Below, piece after piece: positions 48,470-58,965 of a stretch of 64,000 nucleotides of DNA (positions within the stretch are counted from its first letter, which is position 1; every line of letters begins with the position of its first letter). The position numbers were made by a program, and so were the translations under genes. Below the pieces are notes generated by a model. The model searched no databases, was not told where the DNA came from, and saw nothing but the letters and a program-made list of their open reading frames with translations. Source of the stretch: Phycisphaeraceae bacterium (GTDB taxonomy: Bacteria; Planctomycetota; Phycisphaerae; Phycisphaerales; Zrk34); contig JBBDRF010000087.1 in NCBI GenBank assembly GCA_040905565.1, positions 1-64,000 of the forward strand. The letters are read 5' to 3'.

Positions 48470-49642
48470 ATGTCCGCCATCAGCTTCGACATCAAAGCCC
48501 GCAGTACGTCCTGCGATGCCCGGCTGGGCTGCGTTAACACGCCGCACGGTTCGTTCCAGACGCCTGCGTTCATGCCCGTCGGCACCAAGGGTACCGTCAA
48601 AGGCATCCTTCCCGACGAGGTCGAACGCACCGGGGCTCAGATCCTTCTTAACAACACCTACCACCTCATGCTTCGCCCCGGAACCGATCGCATCGATCGG
48701 CTAGGCGGCATCCACCAATTCATGGGCTGGAATAAGCCGATCCTGACCGATTCGGGCGGCTTTCAGGTCTTCAGCCTCGGCGATGTCCGCAAGATCGACG
48801 AAGACGGCGTCACGTTCCGCTCCACCGTCGACGGCAAAATCATCCGCCTGACCCCCGAAGCCAGCATCCAGTCGCAGAACGAAATCGGGGCCGACATCAT
48901 CATGGCCTTCGACGATTGCCCGCCCGCATCGGTGGACGATCTGCAGCGTATCGACATGCCGATGGGCAGACATGCCGTGGCCGCCGACGCTTATGCCGAG
49001 CGGAACGCACTGGCCGTCGAGCGGACGATTCGCTGGCTCGAGCGATGTGCTCAGGCTCATGCACGACCGGACGAACAAGCGCTCTTCGGCATCGTACAAG
49101 GGGGAACGGACCTGCAGTTGCGGTCCCATTGTGCGCAGGCGCTCGCAGCGATGGACCTGCCCGGTTACGCGATCGGAGGCGTGGCTGTGGGCGAAGGGCA
49201 CGAGCAGATGATGCAGGTGGTCAATCACACCGCACCCCTGCTGCCGAGCGACAAACCCCGCTACCTGATGGGCGTGGGGTATGAGCGCGACATCGTGCAG
49301 GCGGTGCGGGCGGGCATGGATATGTTCGATTGCGTGCTTCCCACGCGGAACGGCCGCAACGCCAATGCCTTCACGCCGACCGGTCAGATGCGTTTGCGGA
49401 ACGCCCGGTTTGCTGAGGATAACGGCCCGATCGACCCGGCGTGTGACTGTGTGACGTGTCAGCGGTTCGGGCGGGCGTACCTGAGGCATCTGTTCCTGGC
49501 TGATGAGATGCTCGGGCCGATCCTTGTGAGCCTGCACAACTTGAGGCATTTCCAGAGGCTCATGCTGGACATCCGCGAGGCGATCGGCCATGATGACTGG
49601 TCTTTACTGCGGGCACGCTGGCCCGTGGCGTTCGGCGAATAA
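48470..49642 (+). CDS. tgt: tRNA-guanine transglycosylase
   Basis: TPAFMPVGT, TDSGGFQVFSL, FDCVLPTRNGR, CDCVTC. Confidence 0.97.
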   Translation: MSAISFDIKARSTSCDARLGCVNTPHGSFQTPAFMPVGTKGTVKGILPDEVERTGAQILLNNTYHLMLRPGTDRIDRLGGIHQFMGWNKPILTDSGGFQVFSLGDVRKIDEDGVTFRSTVDGKIIRLTPEASIQSQNEIGADIIMAFDDCPPASVDDLQRIDMPMGRHAVAADAYAERNALAVERTIRWLERCAQAHARPDEQALFGIVQGGTDLQLRSHCAQALAAMDLPGYAIGGVAVGEGHEQMMQVVNHTAPLLPSDKPRYLMGVGYERDIVQAVRAGMDMFDCVLPTRNGRNANAFTPTGQMRLRNARFAEDNGPIDPACDCVTCQRFGRAYLRHLFLADEMLGPILVSLHNLRHFQRLMLDIREAIGHDDWSLLRARWPVAFGE

Positions 49643-49751
49643 GCCGAGTGTGGGGCATATGAACGGTGGCGCGGGAGTCGCAGCCACATCGATAACGGAG
49701 CTTGCCCCGGCAACGCCCCGCTTTACGTGTTTCCTAGATTGAAGGTTGAAG

Positions 49752-50186
49752 ATGTTCGACGCCATGTACCTGACGCTCGCCCAGCAGGATCCCGCCCCGC
49801 CCCCTCCGCCCGCCGAGAACGGCGCCAACGGCGCGACCACCGGCGAGCCCGGGGCCCCGACGCCCACCGACCCGGCCCCGCAGCAGCCCGAGCCGAACAT
49901 GTGGAGCATGTTCATCCCGCTGATTCTGCTTCTGGTCGTCTTCTACTTCCTGCTGATCATGCCCCAGCGGCGCGACAAGAAACGCAAAGAGCAGATGATG
50001 GCCACGATGAAGAAGGGCGACCGCGTCCAGACCATCGGCGGCATCCTCGGCACGGTCGTCGAATTGCGCGAACACGAAGTGGTCGTCAAGGTCGATGAGT
50101 CGAATAATACCCGGCTGCACTTCGCCAAAGCCGCCGTGCAGGCCGTCGTCGACAAAGACAAAGACAAGGACAACGGCAAGTCCTGA
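49752..50186 (+). CDS. yajC: Preprotein translocase subunit YajC
   Basis: FYFLLIMPQ, KKGDRVQTIGGILGTV; between tgt and secDF. Confidence 0.95.
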   Translation: MFDAMYLTLAQQDPAPPPPPAENGANGATTGEPGAPTPTDPAPQQPEPNMWSMFIPLILLLVVFYFLLIMPQRRDKKRKEQMMATMKKGDRVQTIGGILGTVVELREHEVVVKVDESNNTRLHFAKAAVQAVVDKDKDKDNGKS

Positions 50187-50270
50187 CTCGCCGGATTTTC
50201 ACACTGAGCACGTCACCGGGCCTCGGCCTGTACGGGGTGCGACGCAGACGCTTTTGGTAAATGAGGTCCC

Positions 50271-53200
50271 ATGAAACTCGGTCATAAAATCACGGCCTTT
50301 GTGATTATCCTCCTGGTCCCCGTGCTGCTGGCGTGGGGGCAATGGCTCCAGCCCGTCGCGGCCGCTCAGGTCATGCTCCTGCTGTGGTGGCTGGGCGCTT
50401 TGTTCGCCTGGGCCGACGCGCGCCGTCTCACCGCAGGGGCGATGATCATCGCAGGCGTCATCCTCCCGATGGCCTACGTGATGTCTCCGCCCGGTGAGAA
50501 GCTGAACCTCGGCCTCGACCTCCGCGGGGGCACCAGCCTCCTCTATGAAGTCGATGTCCCCGAAGGGCAGGACGGCCAGGAAGTGATGAAGCGGACGGTG
50601 CAGGTCCTCGAAGACCGCGTCGACCCCGCCGGCGTCCGCAACCTTCAGTGGCGCATCGAGTCGGGCAACCGCATCGAAGTGCAGATGCCCCTGCCCACGC
50701 CCGACGTCACCGAACGCCGCCAGGCCTATATGGACCTGCTCGAGCAGATCGAAGAGCGCAACGTGCGGCAGAGCGAGGTGATGGCTGCGCTCCGCGCGGG
50801 CCCCGAGACGCGGGACGCGGCGCTGGAGCAGTTGGAGCGCGACGTGCCCGGCCGCGAGGCCCTGCTTCAGCAGGCCGCGGACGCCTACGACCGCCTTCAA
50901 GCCGCCCGCGAAGCCTACCGCCAGACCGAGCAGGAAGATCAGCAAATCGAGATGGCCGGCGAGGTCGCCGAGGCTGAGCTGGAATTCGAAGATGCCGTCG
51001 AGCAGGTGCTCGACACGAACCTCAACCGCAGCGAAGTCGGCCGTGTCCTCGAGCTTTCCGACGCTTCGCGTGGCGATGCCGTCAGCCATCGGGCTGAGGA
51101 GATGCAGCAGCTGCGTGAGGACCATTCGCATCGCGTGGATGAGCTGAACGCGCTCGTCGAAGCGTACGACGCGTACGAAGCGGTGAAAGGACCTCTGGAC
51201 GACCCGAACGACCTGATCCGCCTGTTGCGTGGTGCCGGTGTGCTCGAGTTCCGCATCGCCGTTTCGCCGGACGACGCCCCCGACGCTGACGAACTGCGTG
51301 AACAGCTGAGCGAGCAGGGCCCCCGTGCCGCGGCAAGCGATGAAACGCGTCACTGGTTCCGCATTGACGATCCCGCAAGCTGGGCCAGCGGCGACGACCG
51401 CGAGGCCCGGGAACAGGACCTCGAACGGCTCCGCGAAGACCCCGCAGCCTACTTCGCCAACAGCCGCAGCATGGTCGCTGCGGAGTACGGCACCGAGATT
51501 TACCTGCTGCTGTGGGATACCCCCGAGCGCTCCATCACCGACCGCGATCCGGGCTGGCAGCTGACCCGTGCCATGAGCAGTCAGGATCAGCAGGGCTTCC
51601 CCGCTGTCGGGTTCGAACTCAACACCGTCGGCGCCAGTTACATGGGCCGCCTGACCAGCGAGAACCTGCAGCAGCCGATGGCGATCGTGCTCGATGGGCG
51701 CGTGTACTCGGCCCCGAACATCAACAGCCAGATCCGAGGCAGCGGCATCATCACCGGCCGCTTCTCAGCGCCCGAACTTGAGTACCTTATCCGCACGCTT
51801 CAGGCCGGTGCCCTCCAGGCGACGCTCTCGGACGAGCCAATCAGCGTTCGCACCGTCGGCCCGACGCTCGGGCAGGACAACCTCGAACGCGGCCTGCGCA
51901 CCTCGATCTACGCGCTGATCATCGTCGCCATCTTCATGATGATCTACTACTTCTTCGCGGGCATGGTCGCCAACGTGGCGCTGTTCGCGAACATCATCAT
52001 CATCCTCGGCATGATGTCGACCATTCAGGCGGCGTTCACGTTGCCCGGTATCGCCGGCGTCGTGCTCACCATCGGTATGTGCGTCGACGCCAACGTGCTC
52101 ATCTTCGAACGCATCCGTGAAGAGCTCCGCCGCGGCGCCGACATGCCCACCTCGCTGAGGCTCGGCTACCAGAAGGCGCTCTCGGCCATCGTCGACGGTA
52201 ACCTCACGAACCTCATCATCTGCTTCGTGCTCGGCTTCACCGCCACGGCCGAAGTGCGAGGCTTCGCCGTCACGCTCGGCATCGGTATCGTCGCCACGCT
52301 GTTCACCAGTGTGTTCATGACCCGCATCATCTTCGACGCCTACTACCGGGCCTTCGGCGCCAAGCAGATGAGCATGCTGCCGACGCTGCTGCCGGGCATC
52401 GACCGTGTCCTCACGCCCGCCGTCCGCTGGGTCGGCAAACGCCGGGCCTTCTACGGCGTCAGCACCGCCCTGATCGTCGTCAGCATCCTGCTCATCGGCG
52501 CACGCGGCGTGGACCTGCTCGATATCGAGTTCCGAGGCGGCACCGAAGTCACCTTCGACATGACCGAAGGCGAACGCCTCAGCCTCCCCGAGGTTCGCGA
52601 ACGTCTCGACGCAACCGATCTGCCCGACTACACCGCTGTGCCCCTCGGCAGCGTCGACGACGCCTACCGCGCCGAGTCGTTCAGCATCCTGACGACGCTG
52701 TCGGAAACCGAGCAGGTCACGGGCATCGTGCAGTCGGCCTTCGAAGATGTGCTCGACGTGCAGCCCTCCGTCCAGTTCGCCGGCATGGAAGCGGAAAGTC
52801 CCGCCGACGCGCCGCTCTACCCCGTCGATGAAACCAACCTCGGGCAGGTCATCAACGAACCCGCCGTCGAGGACGACGTCAGCGATCACATCGGCGGCGT
52901 GGCCGTCGTCCTGCGCGACCTCTCGCCCTCGCTGACGATCGGCGAGATCGAAGACCGAATCAACAACATGCGGCTGCAGCCGGATTACGAAACCCTCCAG
53001 TTCCGCCCGCCTTCGCAGGTGGTCGGGCTCCGACCTGATCCGGAGAACCCCGGCCAATATGTTGAGGCCGTCGTCATCAGCAGCGACCCCAACGTCCGCT
53101 ACAGCGACGATCCGACGCAGTGGGAAGAGGTCGTCGCCTCGACCGAGTGGAACCTCGTCCGCGATGCGCTCACCCGTGAGACTTCGCTTTCGAAGGTCTC

Positions 53201-53825
53201 CAACTTCACCCCGACCGTCGCCCGCACCATGGCGCAGGCAGCCATCATCGCCGTGCTGATCTCGCTCATCGCGATCGTGGCCTACATCTGGTTCCGATTC
53301 GGGTCGTTGCGGTACAGCCTCGCTGCCATCGCCGCATTGGTGCATGACGTGGTGATCACCGTCGGGCTGGTCGCCGCGTCGGCTTACATCTTCAACATGA
53401 GCGAGCCGCTGGCGCAGTTCTTCCTGATCGATCCGTTCAAGATCAACATGGGCATGATCGCGGCGTTGCTGACGATCATCGGCTACTCGCTGAACGACAC
53501 GATCGTGATCTTCGACCGCATCCGTGAAAACCGCGGCAAGCTCGCCTTCGCCACGCCCGCGATCATCAACGATTCGATCAACCAGACGATCAGCCGAACG
53601 CTCATCACCAGTGGTACGACGCTGTTGGCAGTGGTGATGCTCTACATCTTCGGCGGCGCGGGCATCCATGCGTTCGCCTTCGCCCTGGTGGTCGGCATCA
53701 TCGTGGGTACCTACAGCTCGATCGCCATCGCCGCCTCGCTGCTGCTGTTCGGCATCGACGTGAAGGACGATCCCCCCGCAGCGGAACTGGCCTCACCAGC
53801 CGAGGCCAAACCGGTCGGCCGCTAA
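50271..53825 (+). CDS. secDF: Fused protein translocase SecDF
   Basis: LGLDLRGG, VGPTLG, IGMCVDANVLIFERIREE, IEFRGG, GYSLNDTIVIFDRIREN. Confidence 0.96.
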   Translation: MKLGHKITAFVIILLVPVLLAWGQWLQPVAAAQVMLLLWWLGALFAWADARRLTAGAMIIAGVILPMAYVMSPPGEKLNLGLDLRGGTSLLYEVDVPEGQDGQEVMKRTVQVLEDRVDPAGVRNLQWRIESGNRIEVQMPLPTPDVTERRQAYMDLLEQIEERNVRQSEVMAALRAGPETRDAALEQLERDVPGREALLQQAADAYDRLQAAREAYRQTEQEDQQIEMAGEVAEAELEFEDAVEQVLDTNLNRSEVGRVLELSDASRGDAVSHRAEEMQQLREDHSHRVDELNALVEAYDAYEAVKGPLDDPNDLIRLLRGAGVLEFRIAVSPDDAPDADELREQLSEQGPRAAASDETRHWFRIDDPASWASGDDREAREQDLERLREDPAAYFANSRSMVAAEYGTEIYLLLWDTPERSITDRDPGWQLTRAMSSQDQQGFPAVGFELNTVGASYMGRLTSENLQQPMAIVLDGRVYSAPNINSQIRGSGIITGRFSAPELEYLIRTLQAGALQATLSDEPISVRTVGPTLGQDNLERGLRTSIYALIIVAIFMMIYYFFAGMVANVALFANIIIILGMMSTIQAAFTLPGIAGVVLTIGMCVDANVLIFERIREELRRGADMPTSLRLGYQKALSAIVDGNLTNLIICFVLGFTATAEVRGFAVTLGIGIVATLFTSVFMTRIIFDAYYRAFGAKQMSMLPTLLPGIDRVLTPAVRWVGKRRAFYGVSTALIVVSILLIGARGVDLLDIEFRGGTEVTFDMTEGERLSLPEVRERLDATDLPDYTAVPLGSVDDAYRAESFSILTTLSETEQVTGIVQSAFEDVLDVQPSVQFAGMEAESPADAPLYPVDETNLGQVINEPAVEDDVSDHIGGVAVVLRDLSPSLTIGEIEDRINNMRLQPDYETLQFRPPSQVVGLRPDPENPGQYVEAVVISSDPNVRYSDDPTQWEEVVASTEWNLVRDALTRETSLSKVSNFTPTVARTMAQAAIIAVLISLIAIVAYIWFRFGSLRYSLAAIAALVHDVVITVGLVAASAYIFNMSEPLAQFFLIDPFKINMGMIAALLTIIGYSLNDTIVIFDRIRENRGKLAFATPAIINDSINQTISRTLITSGTTLLAVVMLYIFGGAGIHAFAFALVVGIIVGTYSSIAIAASLLLFGIDVKDDPPAAELASPAEAKPVGR

Positions 53826-53847
53826 AGGCGACATCACGCAACCTCAT

Positions 53848-53890
53848 AACGAGCCGCGACCCTCCACCGAGCGTCGCGGCTCGTTTTTTT
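53848..53890 (+). terminator. Intrinsic terminator after secDF
   Basis: AACGAGCCGCGAC/GTCGCGGCTCGTT stem followed by a T run. Confidence 0.85.
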
Positions 53891-54003
53891 GTGTGTGTGC
53901 ACAACCCTCCACCCGCCCCGCTGGGCAAGGTGGGGGCGGGGGCGGTACAATTTCCGCAGCGCCCGTGGGATGGAAGCGGCGCGTTTCCGCGAAGGAGCGA
54001 AAC

Positions 54004-54966
54004 ATGAACGATCGAACGGCTGTCGTGCGAACCTGGCTGATGCTTCTGGTCACAGCTGCCCTGGTGGCGCTGGCAGCGGATCATGGTCTGGCGGCTGAGG
54101 AAGACAAGGGCAGCGACCTCGCCCGCCGCGTCTCCGAAGCGCTGGGCAACAGTTCCAGCAGCGAGCGCAAGAGCGCCGCCGAGGACGACCGCGAAACAGA
54201 CGCGGGCGACGCCGAGTCCGATGCGGATGCAGACGAGGCGGACGCCGAGGAAGCGTCACCGTCCTCTGCCTCTGATGCTGAGGCCGACACGCAGCGTGAG
54301 CGCACTCGCCAGCCTTCCCCGGTGTTCCGCAGCGTTGCACCGAACATCAGCCGCCAGCCCCGCCCCGACAACCCCGACGCCGACAACGCCGACGAAAACG
54401 CCCCGTCGACTGCCGACGATGAAGACGAAGCGGATACCGAGAGCGACACCGAAACCCGCGAGCGATCGTCCGAACGGCGTGTCTTGAGCAATCGCTCGAC
54501 AACTTCCGAGCGTCGCCCTGCACAGCGGCCCACGCTTCGCGACTACACCATCCGTGAGGGCGACACGTTCAGCTCGATCGCCAAGCGTCTGTTTGACGAT
54601 GAACGCAAATGGGTCGCCATCGCTGAGGCCAATCCGCTGATTGATCCGGCGAAGCTCAAGGTCGGTCAGAAGGTGAAGCTTCCGGACCCCGAGCGTTACG
54701 AAGCGGAGCGTGAACGGCAGCTTGAACGGGTTGCGGCCGCGGTGCGTCGTCAGCGTCAGGCGGGCGAGGAGCACGGCAGCGACGACATTGTGGTCGTGAC
54801 GGTAGCCGCAGGCGACACGCTTTCGCACATCGCTCGCCGGGTTTACGGTCAGGCGACGCGTTGGCGTGTGATCTTTGACGCGAATCGAGATCAGCTTGAG
54901 AGGCCGAACGATATTCAGGTCGGCATGAAGCTGCGCATCCCGCCTCAGCCGAGCGATTTGAACTGA
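54004..54966 (+). CDS. LysM peptidoglycan-binding protein (two LysM domains)
   Basis: YTIREGDTFSSIAKR...W..IAEANP; VAAGDTLSHIARRVYG...IFDANRD. Confidence 0.9.
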   Translation: MNDRTAVVRTWLMLLVTAALVALAADHGLAAEEDKGSDLARRVSEALGNSSSSERKSAAEDDRETDAGDAESDADADEADAEEASPSSASDAEADTQRERTRQPSPVFRSVAPNISRQPRPDNPDADNADENAPSTADDEDEADTESDTETRERSSERRVLSNRSTTSERRPAQRPTLRDYTIREGDTFSSIAKRLFDDERKWVAIAEANPLIDPAKLKVGQKVKLPDPERYEAERERQLERVAAAVRRQRQAGEEHGSDDIVVVTVAAGDTLSHIARRVYGQATRWRVIFDANRDQLERPNDIQVGMKLRIPPQPSDLN

Positions 54967-54983
54967 TTTTATAGTGAGGAAAG

Positions 54984-56312
54984 GTGGCTGTTTTGAGTCG
55001 CACTTGTGTGATTGATCTACCGGGCGTGACCGGGCGTTTGCTCGATCAGCTTGATCGCGAAGCCCTGCCGAGCTGGGTGGCGGAGTTAATCGAGGCCGGC
55101 CGAAGCCGTATCAGGCCGGTGCTGCCGGCGGTGACGATGCCCGCGCAGGCGACGTTCTCGACGGGCAAGCTGCCGCAGGAGCATGGCGTGGTCGCCAACG
55201 GTTTCGCCGGCTTCCGCGTGCCGAGCCTGCGTGAAAATCTGGACATGACCAGCTACCCCGACTACCGCGGCAACGTGAGTTTCTGGGAGCAATCGAACAA
55301 ACTGCTGCAGGCTGAGCGGGTCTGGAAGACCCAGGGTCGGCGGGCGGCGATGCTGTTTGTCCAGTCCTCCATGGGCGGGGCCGCCGACGTCGTCGTCACC
55401 CCGAAGCCCGAGCACACGCCCGACGGCAAGACGATCTCGATGTGCTGGTCTGATCCGCCTGAGCTTTACACGAAGCTGCGCGATCAGCTCGGCGAGTTCC
55501 CGCTGCACCATTTCTGGGGACCGCTGGCGGGCATCAAGAGTAGTGAATGGATCGTCGCGGCTGCCCGGCTGGTCTGGGAATGGCACCCGACGGATCTGCA
55601 GTGGGTTTACGTGCCGCACATGGATTACGATCTGCAGAAGCTCGGCCCGGACGATCCGAAATGCGTTGACGAACTGGCGAAAGTGCTCGGCCTGATCACC
55701 CCGCTCGCGGAGAAGATCAAGGCCGACGGCGGCCGACTGCTCGTGCTCAGCGAGTACGGCATGACGCCGGTCAGCCGCTCGCTGCCGATCAACGTCCGCC
55801 TGCGCGAAGCGGGGCTGCTTCAGCCGACCGCCGACGGCGAGATGGACTACGAGAACTCAGCCGCGTTCGCCATGGTCGATCACCAGGTCGCCCACCTCTA
55901 TTGCCGCGATGCCGCGACGGCCGACGCTGTGGAGAAGCTGTTGCAAGAGGCCGACGCCGTCGACACGCTCCACCGCGGCGAGGCCCGCGCCGAGATCGGG
56001 CTGAACACCGAGCGGGCGGGTGACATTGTCGCCTTCGCCAAGCCGGACGCCTGGTTTGAGTATCGCTGGTGGAGCGACTTCGCTGAAGCGCCGGACTTCG
56101 CGTGGACCGTGGACATTCACCGTAAGCCCGGCTACGACCCGACGGAAATGTTCGTCGATCGTGAGAAGAAACGCATCCGCGCTGACGAGCCCCACCTCGT
56201 CAAAGGCTCGCACGGCGCCCGCTCGGCCGACCCGGCCAACTGGCCCATCCTCCTCGGTGCCGAAGGTGCCGGCGAACAGGTCGAAGCAACCGATGTCGCC
56301 AAATTCTTCTAG
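54984..56312 (+). CDS. Alkaline phosphatase superfamily nucleotide pyrophosphatase/phosphodiesterase
   Basis: PAVTMPAQATF.TG..P..HG.V.NG, YVPHMDY, SEYG, DIHRKPGYDP, KGSHG. Confidence 0.85.
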   Translation: MAVLSRTCVIDLPGVTGRLLDQLDREALPSWVAELIEAGRSRIRPVLPAVTMPAQATFSTGKLPQEHGVVANGFAGFRVPSLRENLDMTSYPDYRGNVSFWEQSNKLLQAERVWKTQGRRAAMLFVQSSMGGAADVVVTPKPEHTPDGKTISMCWSDPPELYTKLRDQLGEFPLHHFWGPLAGIKSSEWIVAAARLVWEWHPTDLQWVYVPHMDYDLQKLGPDDPKCVDELAKVLGLITPLAEKIKADGGRLLVLSEYGMTPVSRSLPINVRLREAGLLQPTADGEMDYENSAAFAMVDHQVAHLYCRDAATADAVEKLLQEADAVDTLHRGEARAEIGLNTERAGDIVAFAKPDAWFEYRWWSDFAEAPDFAWTVDIHRKPGYDPTEMFVDREKKRIRADEPHLVKGSHGARSADPANWPILLGAEGAGEQVEATDVAKFF

Positions 56313-56485
56313 CACCGGAAGCCCGCAGCGTGACGCCGTGGGGGCCCAGCGTGCGAAAATGTTCCTGGCGCGACCGGGCTGGGGACAACCCGGCTCTTGA
56401 GCAGGATTGCCCGCCGCTTGCCATGCGGCCTCCCCGCGGTATAATGCGGGGCTCGCTGGCTTTCACCCGAAGGTAAGGTACCCCT

Positions 56486-56716
56486 ATGCGACCCGGAATT
56501 CACCCTGAGTACACGACGACAAAGATTGTCTGTGCGTGTGGCAATGCGTTCGAAACCCGTTCGACCTCCGGTGCAGAGCTGCACGTCGACATCTGCTCGG
56601 CCTGTCATCCGTTCTACACCGGCAAGCAGAAGTTCGTCGACACCGCCGGCCGTGTCGAGAAGTTCCAGAAACGCTTCGGCGGGAACTACTTCAATTCGGG
56701 TTCCGCGAAAAAGTAG
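56486..56716 (+). CDS. rpmE: 50S ribosomal protein L31 (Cys-containing form)
   Basis: [24 protein letters not shown]. Confidence 0.97.
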   Translation: MRPGIHPEYTTTKIVCACGNAFETRSTSGAELHVDICSACHPFYTGKQKFVDTAGRVEKFQKRFGGNYFNSGSAKK

Positions 56717-56736
56717 CGCCCTTCAATTAAACCATC

Positions 56737-56772
56737 AACCGTGCCGCTCGCACCCCGGGCGCACGGTTTTTC
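56737..56772 (+). terminator. Probable intrinsic terminator after rpmE
   Basis: AACCGTGC...GCACGGTT followed by TTT. Confidence 0.6.
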
Positions 56773-56856
56773 TATGCCCCCCCACCTTGTTGCGACGCGT
56801 GGGGGCGGTTTGGATCTTGCCGTTTTTGAAGAACACAAGCTGGGGGGATTCTTCTG

Positions 56857-57936
56857 ATGAATGCTGACGATCCCCTGTTTGCGAGACTGGACGAGCTGCT
56901 CAACGAGATGAGCCAGTTCGAAGCTCAGCTTGTGGACCCGAAGATTGCTGCCGATCACCGCCGGGCGACGGAGCTATCGCGTAAGCGGGCGGCCATTCTT
57001 CCCATCTGCCGGGCCTACGAGTCGTATCACGAAGCGATCAAGGAAGCGCAGGGCCTGGAGCAGATCCTCGAAGAGGAATCCGACCCGCAGCTACGTGAGA
57101 TGGCCCACGAGGAACTGCCAGATGTCCGCGCCCGGGGCTACGAACTGCTGGAGCAGATCAAGGGCGATCTGGTGACTTCCGAAGATCGTTCGATCGGGTC
57201 GGTGATCCTGGAGATCCGCGCGGGCGTCGGCGGCGACGAAGCGGGCCTGTGGGCCGGCGACCTGCTGGAGATGTATCACCGCTACGCCGATGCACGCGGC
57301 TGGTCCTGGGAACAGCTGGATCTGTCCACTGCGGAGATCGGCGGCATCCGTCAGGCCATCGTCCGCCTCGAAGGCGAAGGCGTCTGGCAGCACCTCGGCT
57401 ACGAAGGCGGCACGCACTGCGTCAAACGCGTCCCCGCCACCGAAACGCAGGGCCGGGTGCATACCTCCACCGCCACAGTTGCTGTCTTGCCCGAACCCGA
57501 AGCGGTCGACATCAACCTCGACGAAGCGGACGTCCGCACCGACGTCACCACCGCACGCGGCCCCGGCGGACAGAACGTCAATAAGGTCGCCACCGCCATC
57601 AAGCTCCTGCACGTGCCCACCGGGATCGAGGTCCGCATGCAGGACACCAAGTCGCAACAGCAGAACCGCATCAAAGCCTGGCAGGTCCTGCGGGCGCGGC
57701 TATACGAGCATCATCAGAAGGCCGTGGACGCTGAGCGGGCCGAAGCTCGGTCCAAGATCATCGGCAGCGCCAGCCGAGGCGAGCGTATTCGCACCTATCG
57801 CTACAAAGACAACATCGCCGTCGACCATCGCATCAACCAGTCGTTCCCGCTGCCGACGATTCTGTCGGGCAACCTTGACGCCATGGTGACGGGGCTCATC
57901 GAGCACGACAAACAACAACGTCTGGCCGCGCTCTAA
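56857..57936 (+). CDS. prfA: Peptide chain release factor 1
   Basis: EIRAGVGGDEA, RVPATE (PxT), GPGGQNVNK. Confidence 0.93.
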   Translation: MNADDPLFARLDELLNEMSQFEAQLVDPKIAADHRRATELSRKRAAILPICRAYESYHEAIKEAQGLEQILEEESDPQLREMAHEELPDVRARGYELLEQIKGDLVTSEDRSIGSVILEIRAGVGGDEAGLWAGDLLEMYHRYADARGWSWEQLDLSTAEIGGIRQAIVRLEGEGVWQHLGYEGGTHCVKRVPATETQGRVHTSTATVAVLPEPEAVDINLDEADVRTDVTTARGPGGQNVNKVATAIKLLHVPTGIEVRMQDTKSQQQNRIKAWQVLRARLYEHHQKAVDAERAEARSKIIGSASRGERIRTYRYKDNIAVDHRINQSFPLPTILSGNLDAMVTGLIEHDKQQRLAAL

Positions 57937-57992
57937 GACGTTCTTCCCAGCGAGGCGTAGCCTCGCGGCTACCTTCGCGAGGGTCGACAACT

Positions 57993-58481
57993 GTGAAAAC
58001 TGCATCTGTCATCACGCTAGTCGTTCTGCTGTCCATCGGCTCCTGCACCGGCGGGGTGTTCTGGGTTTGGTACAGCCCTGTCAACGCCGGGCCGGATACG
58101 CCCGAAGCAGATGTCTGGTTCCAAGATGTCGCGGGCTTCCCCCGTCCTGATGGCGTGAAGAACTTGCGATTCTTTGCAAACCGGCTCGCGCGGGATCCGA
58201 CGTACGCCTTTCGCTTTGAGGTCACTGACAACGATGTTGTGAAAGCCATCGTTTCGCAGCTCAATCTCGAACAGTATCACGGGCCGATCGCGGAGGCACA
58301 GTTCGGGAACGCCCATACTGGCCTTGGCGAATGTGTCTGGTGGGAGCCAACCATTGCCGATCTGAGGAACGCTGACGGGAGTGTGATCTACCGCCTGCCG
58401 GACGAGCCGGGCCGTCATGTCCGCTGGGTCTACCACGATCCCGCAACCGGCATCGCCGTACTTACGCAGGTCAATTGGTAG
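57993..58481 (+). CDS. Hypothetical membrane-anchored/exported protein
   Basis: 162 aa with hydrophobic N-terminus; no family recognised. Confidence 0.55.
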   Translation: MKTASVITLVVLLSIGSCTGGVFWVWYSPVNAGPDTPEADVWFQDVAGFPRPDGVKNLRFFANRLARDPTYAFRFEVTDNDVVKAIVSQLNLEQYHGPIAEAQFGNAHTGLGECVWWEPTIADLRNADGSVIYRLPDEPGRHVRWVYHDPATGIAVLTQVNW

Positions 58482-58524
58482 GGCGTCGCTTTCCGAAGAC
58501 GATCCGGTCCCCTGTCTTGAACAG

Positions 58525-58800
58525 TGTGCATAACGCGGGGATGAGCTGGCGGCTGGGGGGTGGCAGAAGAACGGTCGGCGGGCAGTTACCGTCAGGCTTG
58601 CGGCTGTCGGCAGGTGATCGGGCCGTTGACGACACAGCTGCCGCTACCCGGCGACACCCAAACCGTCATATTTCCCCGGTCATGATCCACGCTTCAATGG
58701 TTGCGCTTAGCGTGATTAATACACGCCTCCGCCGGGTTATCCACAGAACGTCAGCGCCCTCTACTAAGAGGGAAGAGTATTTATATATCTCTACTAGTAG
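58525..58800. other. Candidate chromosomal replication origin (DnaA boxes, trio-like repeats, AT-rich tract)
   Basis: TGTGCATAA 58525-58533; TTATCCACA 58737-58745; CTACTA 58761 and 58791; TATTTATATAT 58778-58788. Confidence 0.55.
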
Positions 58801-58965
58801 GAGTCGCGGCCCCCACCTTTGGTCCCGCCCAGCGAATACGCGTTGGGAGCATCCGGCATGGGTGCCTCTTTCACGCCCGGCAAAGTTCCATCGTGACGTG
58901 GCGGGTACGGCTCGGCTATACTGACCGCGACCCTCCGCACCTTGATGCATACTTTTGGAGTCCGC

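Noticed and set aside
50199..53669. Long antisense ORFs (384 and 634 aa) opposite secDF, and similar shadows elsewhere
   Set aside because: Expected stop-poor antisense frames of high-GC genes
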